From: the human T2T-CHM13v2.0 reference genome, Homo sapiens
Strand: one strand, 5' to 3'
Assembly: GCF_009914755.1 (NCBI RefSeq)
Contig: NC_060926.1
DNA: 64,000 nt
In this document: piece after piece, positions 17,130 through 30,650 of the stretch
Position numbering within the stretch: position 1 is the stretch's first letter
Layout of the letters: every line of letters starts with the position of its first letter
The notes under the pieces: generated by a model
Told to the model about the DNA's origin: nothing
The model's database searches: none
Seen by the model: the letters and a program-made list of their open reading frames with translations, nothing else
Position numbers and translations under genes: made by a program

Positions 17130-17900
17130 CTGTACTTTCTCACTTCCCATTTTCCCTTCAAACCACTTCATTCACTCCAAGTGCTTCACTGCTCTACTGA
17201 AACAGCTCTGTTGAAGGCCATCAACGTTATCCATCTTCCTAAATCCAGTAGTCAGACTTCATGACCAGGGGCAAGTTATTAATATTTCCTGCCACAGTTT
17301 TCTCATCTCTAAAACTGTGACTAGAACATTACTGACCATATGGGTATTGTGCACAGTAAATGGGATAATCTGTATAAACTCTTAAAACAATGTTTTGCAG
17401 CTAATACAGGTATAACACATGTTAGCTGCTATTATTTTTATTACACAATCACTGCTTATTTTTGCAGTGGCATTTGACACAGTTGGGCATTCCATTCTTC
17501 TTAAAGCGCTGTCTTTTCTTGGCTTGCCTTCCATGACATTACAGTCTCCTGGTTCCCCTGTAATGGGACTGGCCTTGGTTTTCTCTGCTGGCTCCTTCTC
17601 TTGTCAGCCCTGCAAATGTTGGCGTGCTCAAGGACTCAGTGGTGGGACCCCTTCTCTTTCCTGTCTACTCTTTCTCCATAGTAATCATAGATTTAAGTGC
17701 CATCTGTGCTCTTATGACTATTCAACTTGTATCTCCATCCTTGACTTTTCCTAAGTTTTAGGCTTGCATAGCCAAGTGCCTTCTCAACATATCTATCAGG
17801 CATCCTTCATTGGAACTCCTAGTTTCCCTCACACATCTGTTCCTTCTATTTTGACTCTTTCTCCAGAGGTTCTGTTCTCCATGAAATAGCACAATGATTG
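17130..17900 (+). mobile_element. LINE-2 RT-region fragment interrupted by a MIR
   Basis: CTCTACTGAAACAGCTCTG (STETAL motif) and ORF 17419-17754 AVAFDTVGHSILLKALSFLG match the L2/CR1 RT motif SAAFDTVDHSLLLETLSSLG. Confidence 0.75.
17262..17445 (+). mobile_element. MIR nested in L2
   Basis: GGGCAAGTTATTAATATTTCCTGCCACAGTTTTCTCATCTCTAAAA...ATGTTAGCTGCTATTATT. Confidence 0.7.
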
Positions 17901-18369
17901 TTTCTAAGTTTCAAATCACTCAGTCCATCTCTGTTGGTTGACAGATAGCTGTGAGCACCATCATCCCTTTGGTTGTGTGATGGCTGATTACTCTCACTGC
18001 AGACTTGGGGAGACAGAGCTCAACAGCCATCACAGTTTTCAACTACTCCCTGGGTTTATCACTTGCTTCTCAAATTCTAGAATGAAAAAGGGTGATAATC
18101 AAATATTTTTCACCATCGGGGGGTCCAGTCAGGGATTTTATTTTGCCCTAGAAGATAGTTAACCTAAAGCTATATCTTAGTTTGTATTCATGTGCCGTAA
18201 AACCAGCCAGTATAAAAAGTAAAAATTTTGGACTATAAAACCAGTTGTTTTGTCCATGTTCAATGGACTGATTAGTTGAAATAATTTTATTTTCTGATTG
18301 CCTTCTTGGATTAGTGCTGTGTAACTACAATCTATCAGAAGAAAAATCATCTCAAACTTGTCCTCTTGA

Positions 18370-18762
18370 GAGCTCCATTCAAATCTCTGCTCAAATGTCA
18401 CCCTATTAGGAAAGGTCCTGACCTGATCTGACATTGATCTTAAAAAACATTTTATGCTGGGCGCAGTGGCTCATGCCTATAATCCCAGCACTTTGGCACT
18501 TCATCTCTCTATACTCACTCAGGAGAGGAGCAAGGCTAAATATAGCCTATAACCTGCCTTATTTTTCTTCTCATATATTATATATTTACTTGTTGAGTTG
18601 TTGTGGTGGTTGTTGTTGATATCTGTCTCCCTCTTCAGGAGTGTAAACTTTGCAAGAAGAGGGACTTCATATTTTGTGCTCCTATTTTATTCCCAGCACT
18701 TAAAACATTGGCTAATATAATATTAGGCATCCAATAAATAGAAATTTATAAGTGAATGAATC
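18370..18762 (+). mobile_element. LINE-2 3' end carrying a 64-bp templated insert
   Basis: CTGCTCAAATGTCACC...CAATAAATAG...GTGAATGAAT L2 tail. Confidence 0.7.
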
Positions 18763-20358
18763 CTATTAATGTGTAAAATGTATAAAAATGTATATTTTTA
18801 TACTTTCAGAGGACTCATCCTGCATTATTTCAACAAAAAAACTAAGACCATAGTTATGTGTAAGGATGTAAAGAACCTGCCAATTATAAAGTTGCTCGGA
18901 GCTGCAGCTTACTTCGTAAGAATTTTAAAAACATATAACAATGGAGTAGGTTAACTTTTATGAAGATAATTCTTCATATAAGTAAGATAAGCTTTGTGCA
19001 CATACCATCTATGAAATTCTGTTACAAAGAAAAGATAAAACGTATACATTAAATCTGTGTTTGAGTTTACCTACATTAAGAATGAGACATTCAGAGCCTT
19101 CTTTTACTCTTTGTTGATGATTCAAGTATTTTTGGGATATTATCTCTTTGTGTATATGCTGAAATTGATCATGTTATAAGTGGCATTTAATAATACATTT
19201 TGGGATTGGATCAAAAGCCATCACAACTGTGGTTTACATCATCGATCCATTGGCATTGCTGGCCAGAGAGGTGCACTGGCATGACTTGGGATCTGATGCC
19301 ACCTTGTCATGTTAAGTGGTAGGGGAAAGAAAAGAAAAAATGTGAAACCAAAGTAGTCTATGAAGAATTGGAGTAATCATAGAAGACTTGAATTTGGGAT
19401 GCTGACCCAGACCACTGATAATACAAAAGGAGAGGAAAAGAAAAAAGCAAAAATCCCAAATGATTCAAAACATGCCACAACCTCTTTTCCCATAGTCATC
19501 ATGCTAAATGGGAGAGGTCTCCATACACCCAGCCCTCCTAGAATTAACACATTCTTCCTAAAATCTTCCCTTTTATGAAGTTTGTTTAAACTGAACAGTA
19601 TCTGTTTACAAATGTATAAGGTGTGGGTAAACTGGCAGTATGATTTATATAGGTTGGCGAACCTCAGACACCATAGGCAGACTGGTCTGTGGGAGCAGTA
19701 ATACTCCTGATTATTATCATACAAGTTATTTATGGGGACAGCTCTTTTTGCCAAGTGAACCAGAGAACTGAAGAAGCTGTTTGGAATTGTCTTGTCTTTA
19801 CCTCTCTCTGTCTTTCATGTTTAGACAGTGTCAATGTCTGTAAATTGGGTGGGATTAGCAGTGCAGACAAGAGAAGAGGAGCAAAATACAACCCAAAATT
19901 AAAAAGTAAAGTAAGATAAAAGAGCACAAAATAACCATAAGAGTTCAGTTTTCACAGTTTTAAGGAGGTGTTTAGAATTGTTAGAAATAATTATTTTTTA
20001 ACATGATAGTTATTAGTTTCCATACTGGCAGAAGTGGATACTCATTGGAAGGGCAGTTTTGGAGTAAATGGTCAAAAGTCAGAGTAGGGTCTAAAGCAAG
20101 AACACAGATGAATGTGTTTAACTAAGGTGTTCTGGATGAGAGAAGGCAAGTTCTTACCAGTAGAAAACAAACAAAAAAACCTCATTATATCTTTAAAAAA
20201 TGGGAAGGGACAATTTCCTGGAAGACTTGAAAGGAGCACTACCATTTATTTGACTGACATAATTTTCCAGTAAAAAGCCCTGAAAACCCTGTACCCAGAG
20301 TAGCTAAAGGAAACATTTTTCAAGCTCACCTATTGAATTGATCTTAAAAAACATTTTA

Positions 20359-20777
<419 letters not shown>

Positions 20778-21372
20778 TCAGACTCAGAGCCATGTTGATC
20801 TAAAGTGCTTAATTGCAACTGAATATTTACTGGAAAAAGTCTGAAACTTCACTTTCAGAATATTTTTCAATATATTTCCCATTTATTCTGAGTACAGCAC
20901 CATAGAGAGTACTAGGTCAAGAGCTTTCTTTATCTTCACCATAATCCACCCCTCTTGTTATCTTCAAAGCAAAACTCCTAGTGAGGCCGGCAAGAGTAAG
21001 GGTGCTGACTTTTGAATGGACTCAGCCGTCCACCATTGCTCAGTAAAGGATGCCTGCAGAATTGACCACCAAATGCTGCCCAACCTGATTTATTTTTTAC
21101 AGCCCCTCCAGATCTTTTCTAGCAATACTTTTATGAAACAAGAATTACTCTAATGGAAGATAATTTTTAAATTTCTTGGCAATATTAAATTCTTCTCCAA
21201 AAAGTCATTAATAGCTTTTTGGAGGAGCAGGGTGATGCAGACAAGATAAAATATTTAACTATCAAATTATGAACACAGAAAGGTAAAGCTGTGGACATTA
21301 TCAGAAATCAAAAGCACTGGTTGACTGAAGACTAAATTGTCAACACATCTCATGACACTTCACTGGTTTTAG

Positions 21373-21732
<360 letters not shown>

Positions 21733-22770
21733 CAATAAAAATGTGTACTTGGGGTGGGAGTGGGTGATTGCGGTGTTTGTAAAATGTCTGTGTGAGTTTA
21801 CCGTAAGGAGAATGGCTTCAAAAGCTATAAATGGAAATGCAGAAGTGACTTCTGAGTAAATTGTGTCAGCCTGAATACCCTTTCCTGGTGAACAGTTTTC
21901 TATACCTTTTCTGAAATCACAGAATATTAAGTTGAAAGAAAGCATAGAGATGATCTCTTTTGACCCCTCTTTTTATGGGCATCTGAGGTTTGGTGCGAAG
22001 AAGTGATTTGGTACAAATTAAATTTCCTGAGGATAAATCAGGAAAGACAACTACAAGCTCAAAAAGCATTACCACAGACCTAGTAAAAATGTGGGAGCTG
22101 TTCTAAGTGAACCAGCAGGTTGGGTAAAGGAAGATAAGGCCTCCTTGATTTAGCCTTCCAGGTCACTCATGGGTAGGACCCAGGGTTTCTGCCAAACTCC
22201 CCTCTTTCTAAGTCATCCAGATCAGAAAGCAGTTCTTTCCTTGCGTGAAGGGAGCGAGAGAGAACTATTTTACTATTACCCTGTTCCTCTTCCTTCTCCT
22301 AGTGCCTGCCCACCTCAGATCCTCTTTGTCCAACTCACCAATGTAGTTGCTTACATAGCTGAAACTACCTTTTTGTGAGTTGCTGTCTTTTGCTCTGTTT
22401 GACCCCACCTGCCATCACAGGACCTTCTAATGATACTTGTAGTCACAGCAGTGGAAAATCAGATACTTGTAAAAATGCATCTAGCAAACAAAGCTGAATT
22501 GGCACAGTTCTGAAACCATTTATTCCCTGAGGGTGAGTAAGGACCCACTCCCCCTTGTGAGAAGAAAAAGAAATAAAAACTGACAAGAAGAGAAAGTAAT
22601 GGCCCGACAAATGATTGGTCAGCAATTATTTGTTAGTGAAATGCACCATTTTTGTGACAATAAATTTTGAAAGTGGGTGTCTATTATTGTAAGATTTGTA
22701 TAGGGCTTTTTTATTTGCAGCATTTATAAGATTTTAATCTAAATGTATTTTTTTTCTTCTCTTGAAAAAG

Positions 22771-22828
22771 TTCTCTTGCTGTGCTGCTGGGTCCTCAGAA
22801 GTGTTCTGGAGATCGCCTCTTTGAAAGC
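22771..22828 (+). other. B3GALT1: 58-bp non-coding (5'UTR) exon, probably of B3GALT1
   Basis: Polypyrimidine tract TTTTTTTTCTTCTCTT plus AAG acceptor, strong donor AGC|GTAAGT, unique sequence, no ATG. Sequence and 58-nt length match my memory of an internal B3GALT1 5'UTR exon; needs BLAT confirmation. Confidence 0.75.
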
Positions 22829-23479
22829 GTAAGTGTAAAGTTTATTTGGCTTACTGTAGTTTCTTATTTTGGTTGCTTTTGATCCTCAGTGGTCTCATCT
22901 CACCTTCCATACTAGAAAATTGCCTTTATTAGAATAGAGAAATCACCTGCAAGAAAAGCCAGCTTAAAAATTAGACATGAACCTTCTCAAGTATATTTAA
23001 TGTACATCTCAGAAAGGAAGTGGCCATGTTCCCCATGAAGGTATCCACACAGCTTACACAATGAGGCTAGTAGGGACCCCAGATGCATGTATGCACAAAT
23101 TTTCCTGAAAATCCAACTCGACTATTTACTTTTGAGTTTATACTTGACTTGGCTTATATTTCTTACAGCACCAAGCTGAGCATGAACAGGAAAGGGAAGC
23201 CCTGAGGGGTATACTTCCCTCAAAGCAGCAGCTTACATGCTGTGTGGTACCCTGTAACAGCATTTCTCTCATCCCATAAGTCTTTGTTTCTTCATCCTTC
23301 TGTAGAAATAGACAAATGCAAGAGGAAAGGCAGAATCCTTCCATGAAATAATGATGCAATATGCTGACTAATTTTTCCAGAGTATCCTTAACATTTGAAA
23401 CCCTTAGAAAGAGTACTAGAGGTGGTCAAACAATGACTTTCAAATCTGTATTTTCTGACCTGGATTCTCTCTTTACTTC

Positions 23480-24420
23480 CTGTTCTGAATGTCTTCCCTA
23501 AAGGAAATCATTAAGATATGCATCTGGGCTCTCAAACTCAGAATGTCCAAGTGGACTTATTGTTCATGCCACAGATCTAGTTCTTTTTCCCAGTCACTCA
23601 ATTTTTTTATAGAGTTTCTGCTCTCCTTTTATTTTTCTTTCTTTATTTTTTAAATTTTATGGGTACATGGTGGTTGTATGTATTTATGGGGTACATGAGA
23701 TGTTTTGATTCTGGCATGCAATGTGAAATAAGCACATCATGAAGAATGGGGTTTCCATCTCCTCAAGCATTTATCCTTTGAGCTATAAACAACCTAATTT
23801 CGCTCTTTAAGTTATTCTAAAATGTACAATTATCTACTCTCCTTTTAGTTTCTCATCTTACAAACCTTTGAATCATGATGAATTTTTCAACTCTAACTCA
23901 TCCTTTTAATTAATCTGCCACTAAATTTTATGCTTATGTAATCTTTTCTTTCAGTCTCAGTGTAATCATCCTAGCCTCATGATAATCTTACCTGGATTAC
24001 CACAAAAACCTCCTGAACAGTCATCTCCCTATTATGATATCTCAAATTTTCAGTTCATTATAAATACCATTAAATTTATCTTCTAAAATTCTGCTCTTAT
24101 CATATGATAACCTTGCTCAAAGCATAAAGGATAATGTCCAAACTCTGCACACAGGCATTTAAGAACTTCGTTGATCTAGTCCCAAGATTCATATCCAAAC
24201 TCAATTTTTTTTTCTGTACAACATAAACTATTACACTAAACAAAGTCCTTACTGTCTCATGTATCCCCTTTCTCATGTCCATCTCATTATGCTCCTTACT
24301 TACAAGAAATGTCTCTACTCATCCCATCTCTGTCCAATTCCTACCCATTTCTTAGGATACAATATAAATCTAATTTGCCATATGAAATATTCTTACCCAT
24401 CTTTGCCCCACACTAATGTA
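23480..24420 (+). mobile_element. LINE-2 fragment interrupted by L1MA
   Basis: TCTCAAACTCAGAATGTCCAA and CCTGGATTACCACAAAAACCTCCT L2-like motifs; boundaries approximate. Confidence 0.55.
23631..23832 (-). mobile_element. Short 5'-truncated L1MA1/2-type 3' end
   Basis: GGGGTACATGAGATGTTTTGA...CCTCAAGCATTTATCCTTTG; TSD TCT(G/A)CTCTCCTTTT at 23617-23630 and 23833-23846 with a TTTT/AG nick site. Confidence 0.85.
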
Positions 24421-26092
24421 TAGATTTCTCTTGTGTTCAGATAAAATTAAGTACAATTTAACACCAAATTATTTTCTACTTCATGTGTATTTGTTGTTCA
24501 AGCTAAGTGGGTGCTTTTAGTGGCATTTTGTTTAGCCATCAAATGCCACATAAATGCCTTTAATTACCTTATCTTTATTTTTCCATATGCCACCAACTCA
24601 TCCTCTTTTATGGGAACTATTTCATCCGGTAGCGCCCATTTAATTGCTTTGCCTCATACTTCTGTTTTTCTTCCATTAGATTGACTACTACTGGATGTGT
24701 TCCCTGGATTTCAGCTTGGTTTTCCCATTTATTATTCCTTTTAACCTCCATTAACCCACTTCCATGCCTGAGTCAGACTCAGAATATTCTTTCTAAGTCA
24801 ATTGCATTGGCTTCTGCCTGCCTCCACGACAGGCAGAGGAGATGACAGTAGATTTTATAGCCTTTCACTTGCTCAAACTATATAGTGTCATGCTGTGACC
24901 ATAGTAAGAGCAAATAATGTTTTTTTATTGACTCACTGGACCTGTAGAAAAGATTTTTGTTTTTATCAACACAGCTTTACCACCCCTACTTTATCCACAG
25001 ATAATCCCTTACTTTTTATTTTTTAAAAATGTTTGATTTACTTTTTAATATTAGTCAATTTTTCAAAGATAAACCTTGGCATTTTTCATTTGCATTCACT
25101 CTAATTCATGCATAATAAATGTAACACAGAATTTCCTTCTTCTCTTGTTTTTATTTTTATTGAGGCAAAATTCATATAACATAAAATTAACCATTTTAAA
25201 GTGTATAATTTAGTAGCATTTAGTACATTCACAATGGTGTGCAATCATCACTACCTTAAAGTTTTAAAATATTTTTGTCACCCCCAAAGGAAACCCAGTA
25301 TCCATTAAATAGTCTCTTTACATTTCTCTCCTTCCCCAGCCCCTGACAAACACTAATCTGATTTCTAAGAATTTACAAATTCTAGATATTTCATATAAAT
25401 TGAATTATACAATACAGACCTTTGTGTCTGGACTCTTTTACTTAACATCATGTTTTCAAGGGCCATCCACACCAGTGGAGATGTATCAGTAATTTTTTTC
25501 CTTTTTAATGACTGAATAATATTCCATTATATGGATACGCTACACTAGCATGGTTTTCTTAATTTGATTTTTGATTGATTATTGCTTTTATACTGAAATA
25601 CAATTGTTTTTGTATGTTGATCTTGTATCCTACAAGTTTACCAAATTTGTTTATTAGCTCCAATCGTTTTTTGTTTGTTTTCTGTGGATTCTTTAGGATT
25701 TTCTATAGATAAGATCATTTCATCAGCAAATATTCTTGCCTCTTCCTTTTTAGTTTGAATGTCTTTTATTTCTTTGATTGCCTAATTGATCTTACTAGAA
25801 TTTACAATACAATGTTGAATAGATGTAATGAATATGTGCATCTTTGTCTTTTTCGTGACCTTAGGGGGAAGCTTTAGTTTTTTCACCACTGTATATGATG
25901 TTAGCTCTAGCTTTTTCATAAATGCACTTTATGTGCTTGAGGAAGTTCCCTTCTATATCTACTCTGTTGAGTGATTCTGTCATGAAATAGTATTAGATTT
26001 TTTCAAATACTTTCTCTGCAGCAATTAAGAAGACCATGTTTTTTCCTCTTTTCATTCTACTAATGTGATATATTGTATTGATTGGTTTTGTA

Positions 26093-26148
26093 TTGTTGAA
26101 CCACCCTTGCATTTCAGGGACAAATGAAATGCAAGGGTGGTTCAACAA
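26093..26148. repeat. Perfect inverted repeat, 24-bp arms and 8-nt loop
   Basis: TTGTTGAACCACCCTTGCATTTCA-gggacaaa-TGAAATGCAAGGGTGGTTCAACAA. Confidence 0.97.
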
Positions 26149-26164
26149 AAGAAACCACTTGATC

Positions 26165-26225
26165 TATATATATATATGTGTGTGTGTATATATATATTTA
26201 TTATATATATAGTGAGAATATATAT
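26165..26225. repeat. Compound (TA)n/(TG)n microsatellite
   Basis: TATATATATATATGTGTGTGTGTATATATATA... Confidence 0.9.
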
Positions 26226-27097
26226 CAGAGAACCACTTGGTCATGTTATATATACATAATCCCTTTGGTAAGCCGCTGGATTCATTTTGCAAGTATTTTG
26301 TTGAGAATTTTTACATGTTTATGCATATGTCATATTGGTCTGTAGTCTTCCTTTTTTGTGATGTCTTTATCTGGCTCTGATATCAAGATAATGTTGACCT
26401 CATAGAATGAGTTAGAAAGTGTTCCTTCATTTTTTGGAAAAGTTTGAGAAGGATTAGTATTAACTCTTCTTTAAGTGTTTGGTAGAATTCATCAGTGAAG
26501 ACATCTGATCAGGGACTTTTCTTTGCTTGGAGGTTTTTGATTATTGACTCAATCTCTTGTTATAGGTCTGCTCAGATTTTCTATTTCTCTTTAAGCAAAT
26601 TTAGTAGCTTCTGTACTTCCAGGATCCCTTACTATTATTCTTCATCACATTTTATTTCTTCTTCCATCTTCAAAGATTAAATAAAGCTGAAGTTCAAAGA
26701 AGAAATACTCCCTCTTTGAAAGTAAATCTAAATGGAAATATGCTAACAGAAGTAAGCCAATTTCTTCACCGAAACAAACCAAATGAGACAAAAGAATATC
26801 TCTTCCTTTAGTATAATAAATGCTCCTTAATTATGTGTTCCCCATGCTTTAAAACAAAATTCTTAAGGAAGCAGATGTTAGATTTGACCTTTCAAAGCCT
26901 TTTCTAAACCTGTTTTTTTCTATAAAGATAAATTGTCCTGAGATTCTCGGTGAAAAAAGCATTCAGTATTTATGCAATGAACTTTTGTTAGGGAACTCAG
27001 AATACTATTGCTCCAGTCCTTCTCATGTTGCCTTCCCTAGAAATTCTGCAGCACCTTTGTATGAGTATCCAGATATATTCCTGGAAGAGCAGAAAGG

Positions 27098-27098
<1 letters not shown>

Positions 27099-27132
<34 letters not shown>
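27099..27132. repeat. (TG)17 microsatellite
   Basis: Perfect TG run. Confidence 0.97.
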
Positions 27133-27133
<1 letters not shown>

Positions 27134-28169
27134 ACGTGCACACATGTGTGCGTGAGAAAGAGAAAAATAGACACTTTATTTGTGATTATTAGTCACTCTA
27201 AGAATAGGTAGAGTTTAGTCCAGACAGTACTACCCATACCCCAAAACTGTCTTCTGATAACTTAACATCTTCGTTACTTTCCCTATATATTCATTACCTC
27301 TTATAACCTGAGTCACTAAATTATCTTTTAACGTGTGCAGTCAACATAGTTGTTTCTTCATTCAGAGAGAAAAAGAGGTAAGTGCTGAGATAACCACACA
27401 CAGCCAGCTGCTTCTATTCCAAGTTCATTCATTCAATTAACTTTTATTGAACACCTACTATGTGCCATGTATCCATTATGTTGGACTTTGAGTACACAAT
27501 GTTTAACAAAACAGACATGTTCTGTAAAAGATTCAGCCCATGATTCCTTTTATCAAAGACTCAGTTCATGAGAATCTTACTTTTACCACGTGCTGAGTTC
27601 AATAGTGCAGTTGAACAACAGTTGAAGGCTCACATACCCTTGGAAGTTAAATAGTAATTCAGCAACGACCCTAGAGTTCTGCTCCCTGGGAAACATTTAA
27701 TGGTGTTACCCAGGAAGTATCATGACACCTTACAAAGGGGAATCTGTTTGCAACTCTAACCCTGACAAAGAAGCAATTCTTCCTGCCAAAGGGAGTAGAA
27801 AAATCCCTTCCCTTTGCCCCAGCACACCCCACACCATTGATCAAGCAGAGAATTCTGAATGCTTACAATAGACAGAAGACTGCAGGGTCAACCAAACCCA
27901 CAAGAGCCACCCCAGGGGTTAACAAGGAAAGCAGGAAGCTAACATTTTGCTGAACATATTGGGGGGAAGCAGAACCTTGAAGCCGTTGACAGAGGCTGTA
28001 CCCAGCACAATCTCAACAGCCAAGAGTGAGATAATCTACCAACAGCTAAGAACACAGAAAGGAGAAAGCAGCCAATCTCACAACAGACATCCTGGGAAAA
28101 GAGTGGTCCTAGCTAAAGAAAAGATGACCAGCAGAGCCAAAGGCAGACAAGCTTGTTCTTGTTTTAGTG

Positions 28170-28355
28170 GTGTGGAATTGTGGCTGGCCTTAGGATTGAA
28201 TTCTAGCTCTGCCACTATCCCACTGTGACATTTTGTAGCTCACTGACCCTCTCTGAAACTTAGAAGTTTTATCTGTAAAACAAGCTTGCAGCATTGTGAG
28301 AATTAGAGAAAACAAATATAAAGTAGACATTCAATAAATAGCAGCTACTTTTATT
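28170..28355 (+). mobile_element. MIR
   Basis: GATTGAATTCTAGCTCTGCCACT...ATCTGTAAAA...TTCAATAAATAGCAGCTA. Confidence 0.65.
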
Positions 28356-29899
28356 CTGAAGTATGTGTTCATTCATCACAAATGAATTCCTCAGTAGTCT
28401 TCTTAAAGTTCCAACATTATCTTTTGTGGTTAAGAGTCTGGTGTGAAATCAGGATGCCTGCCTTACAGATTCCTTTTAAATGATTTATCTCTGCTTAAAT
28501 GTGGTACATCTTATGGTGCCCTTATTACATATTAATATTTATCTGTGTACTTCATGTCTCCCACTTCCTGCACCCTCTATAATAGGTGCTTTTTCAGGCC
28601 AGACCCATGTCTCATTCATCTTTGTCCCCAGTGACTGTGGTAGTTTTTGCACATAGTAGGTATGCTACCTATAAATATTTAACATTCTGTATGTCTTTCT
28701 TTTTATCACTAAATGCCACATTTTCATACATCTTTTAACTTAAAAAGTCATACCATAAGAAAAACGAAGTTGTTTGTGTATTTATATGGATGTGTACCTA
28801 TGTACACATGTGTGTACATACGTGTGTGTCTTGTGTGTAGAAAAAGAAAAACCACCTCACCTATTAATACCTGAGTGCCTACACATCCTAAGGATTTGTG
28901 GAGAATACCTTTCTCATTTATTGAAGGGAATATCTACAAATGGGATTTGTAAAAATATGTACATATGTTAAATGCCAACGATAGTAAAAGCACATAAAGA
29001 AGACTCTTCTTCTGTGCTTCAAAAATAAAATGTAGTCATTTAATTTGTGTGGCAGTTGTTGATTTATCACTTAAAAAGTATTTAGTACAAAAAGGTCTGA
29101 AGAAATTAGGATTCAAAACAGCAGGCAGCTACCCAATTGTGGTCAATGTGGACATTAACCACAGTGCTTTATTTCCTAATGATTATTGCTAATTTTAGTC
29201 TTCGGACTTATATATAGCAGTTTTAAAACCCCGAAAATTCCATGAGTTCTTTTGTTAAAACTCAGCCGTGCCCATGATGATCTCACTGTTAATTATTTTT
29301 TAATAAGTAGCTTCACTCCAAGCATCTGAGAACCTGCTTGAGCTGCCAACGTTAAAAGATAGAAATTGCAGAAAGAGCAGCAATATCTCTCTGGAATCAC
29401 AGAATTATCAAGGCTTCCAAAATGAAAGGCTTTAGAGGTCAACAGGCTCAACTTGCTTCCCTGTGCACTGCATTCCTTCAGCATGATATTTACAGGAGAT
29501 GTTGCAGGCTCACGCTCCTAATAGGCTTCCTCATTTGCCGAGCAGTACCTGCACCCAGTGTCGAGGGTCTATGCTTGAGTCTCCTTAACACCACAAGAAT
29601 TAAAGTAGCAAAACCACCTCAGTAGCTAAAAGGTGCAAATATATGTGCCACCACTGCCAGTGCCCTGGTGGGAGTTCACTGGTTGGCTCCGTTTAGTCCT
29701 CCTTTGCTCGGTTCATCACCAGCAGCCATCCAAGGTCCCACCATGCATTCTTCAGTCTTATGAGTTATTTTTCTGAGCTGTTGAAGTTACCTATTCACAG
29801 TAGATCTGTGGAGTTGGTAGGCAAAGTCTTGGATATGGCTCCAGTTAGACAAGAAACAGGAGATGCCAACCTGGCTACCTGAATGGACCATCCTGAAGG

Positions 29900-30135
29900 G
29901 CAGTACAGTGGTGGTTAAAGTGTGGCCTCTGGAGTCAGGTTGGCTGGTTGACATCCAGGCTTCAGCGCTTATTACACCTTGGGCATATCACTTTTTGTGC
30001 CTCTGTTTTCTCTTCCAGAAAATGGAAATAATAAGAGCACTTAATGGATTGTGTGAAGATTAAATGAGCTAATACTCATAACACACTTAGACTGCAAGGC
30101 ATTTAGAATATATTTGATAATAATACTATCTACTA
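29900..30135 (+). mobile_element. MIR, near full length
   Basis: GTGGTTAAAGTGTGGCCTCTGGAGTCAG head and GTGTGAAGATTAAATGAGCTAATAC core. Confidence 0.75.
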
Positions 30136-30365
30136 TTAGTCTCTCATCGGGTAGGACTAAAGACAAAACTAACTCCTTATTACCAGCTTCTGCTGACCTC
30201 TGAGACTTCACCCTGTGAAATCTCTTCCAGGCTTTCTGCTCCCCACTTCTCCCAGCCTAGGAATGAGTGGGAAGGGGGAGCTAAAAAATAACTCTGAAAG
30301 TCTGCGTCAGAATGTTCTCTCCTTTGCCAAACTCAACTGCTTTTTGTTTTCTCTCTCTCTCTTTC

Positions 30366-30650
30366 TTTTTTTGAGACAGGGCCTCACTGTGCCACTCAGG
30401 CTGGAGTACAGTTGCTCAATCATAGCTCACTGCAGCCTTCTGGGCTCAAAGGATCGTCTTGCCTCAGCCTCCCAAGTAGCTGGGATAGCAAGTGTGCACC
30501 ACCATTCCCAGCTAATTTTTAAAATTTTTTTGTAGAGACAGGATCTTGCTTTGTTGCCCAGGCTGGCCTTGAACTCCTGGCTTCAAGAACTCCTCCTACC
30601 TCAGCCTCCCGAAATGCTGAAAATAGAGACATAAGCCACAACACCCAGCC
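30366..30650 (-). mobile_element. AluJ
   Basis: GAGACAGGGCCTCACTGTG...ATCATAGCTCACTGCAGCC...CACCCAGCC; J-type diagnostics and high divergence. Confidence 0.93.

Larger units (their letters stand above)
25145..26624 (-). mobile_element. Old LINE-1 (L1MB/L1M4-type): 3'UTR joined to an ORF2 RT-region fragment
   Basis: L1MB-type 3' end TTTATTGAGGCAAAATTCATATAACATAAAATTAACC at ~25155; RT-region homology 25550-26624 (TTGATCTTGTATCCT, CATAGAATGAGTTAG). Confidence 0.8.
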
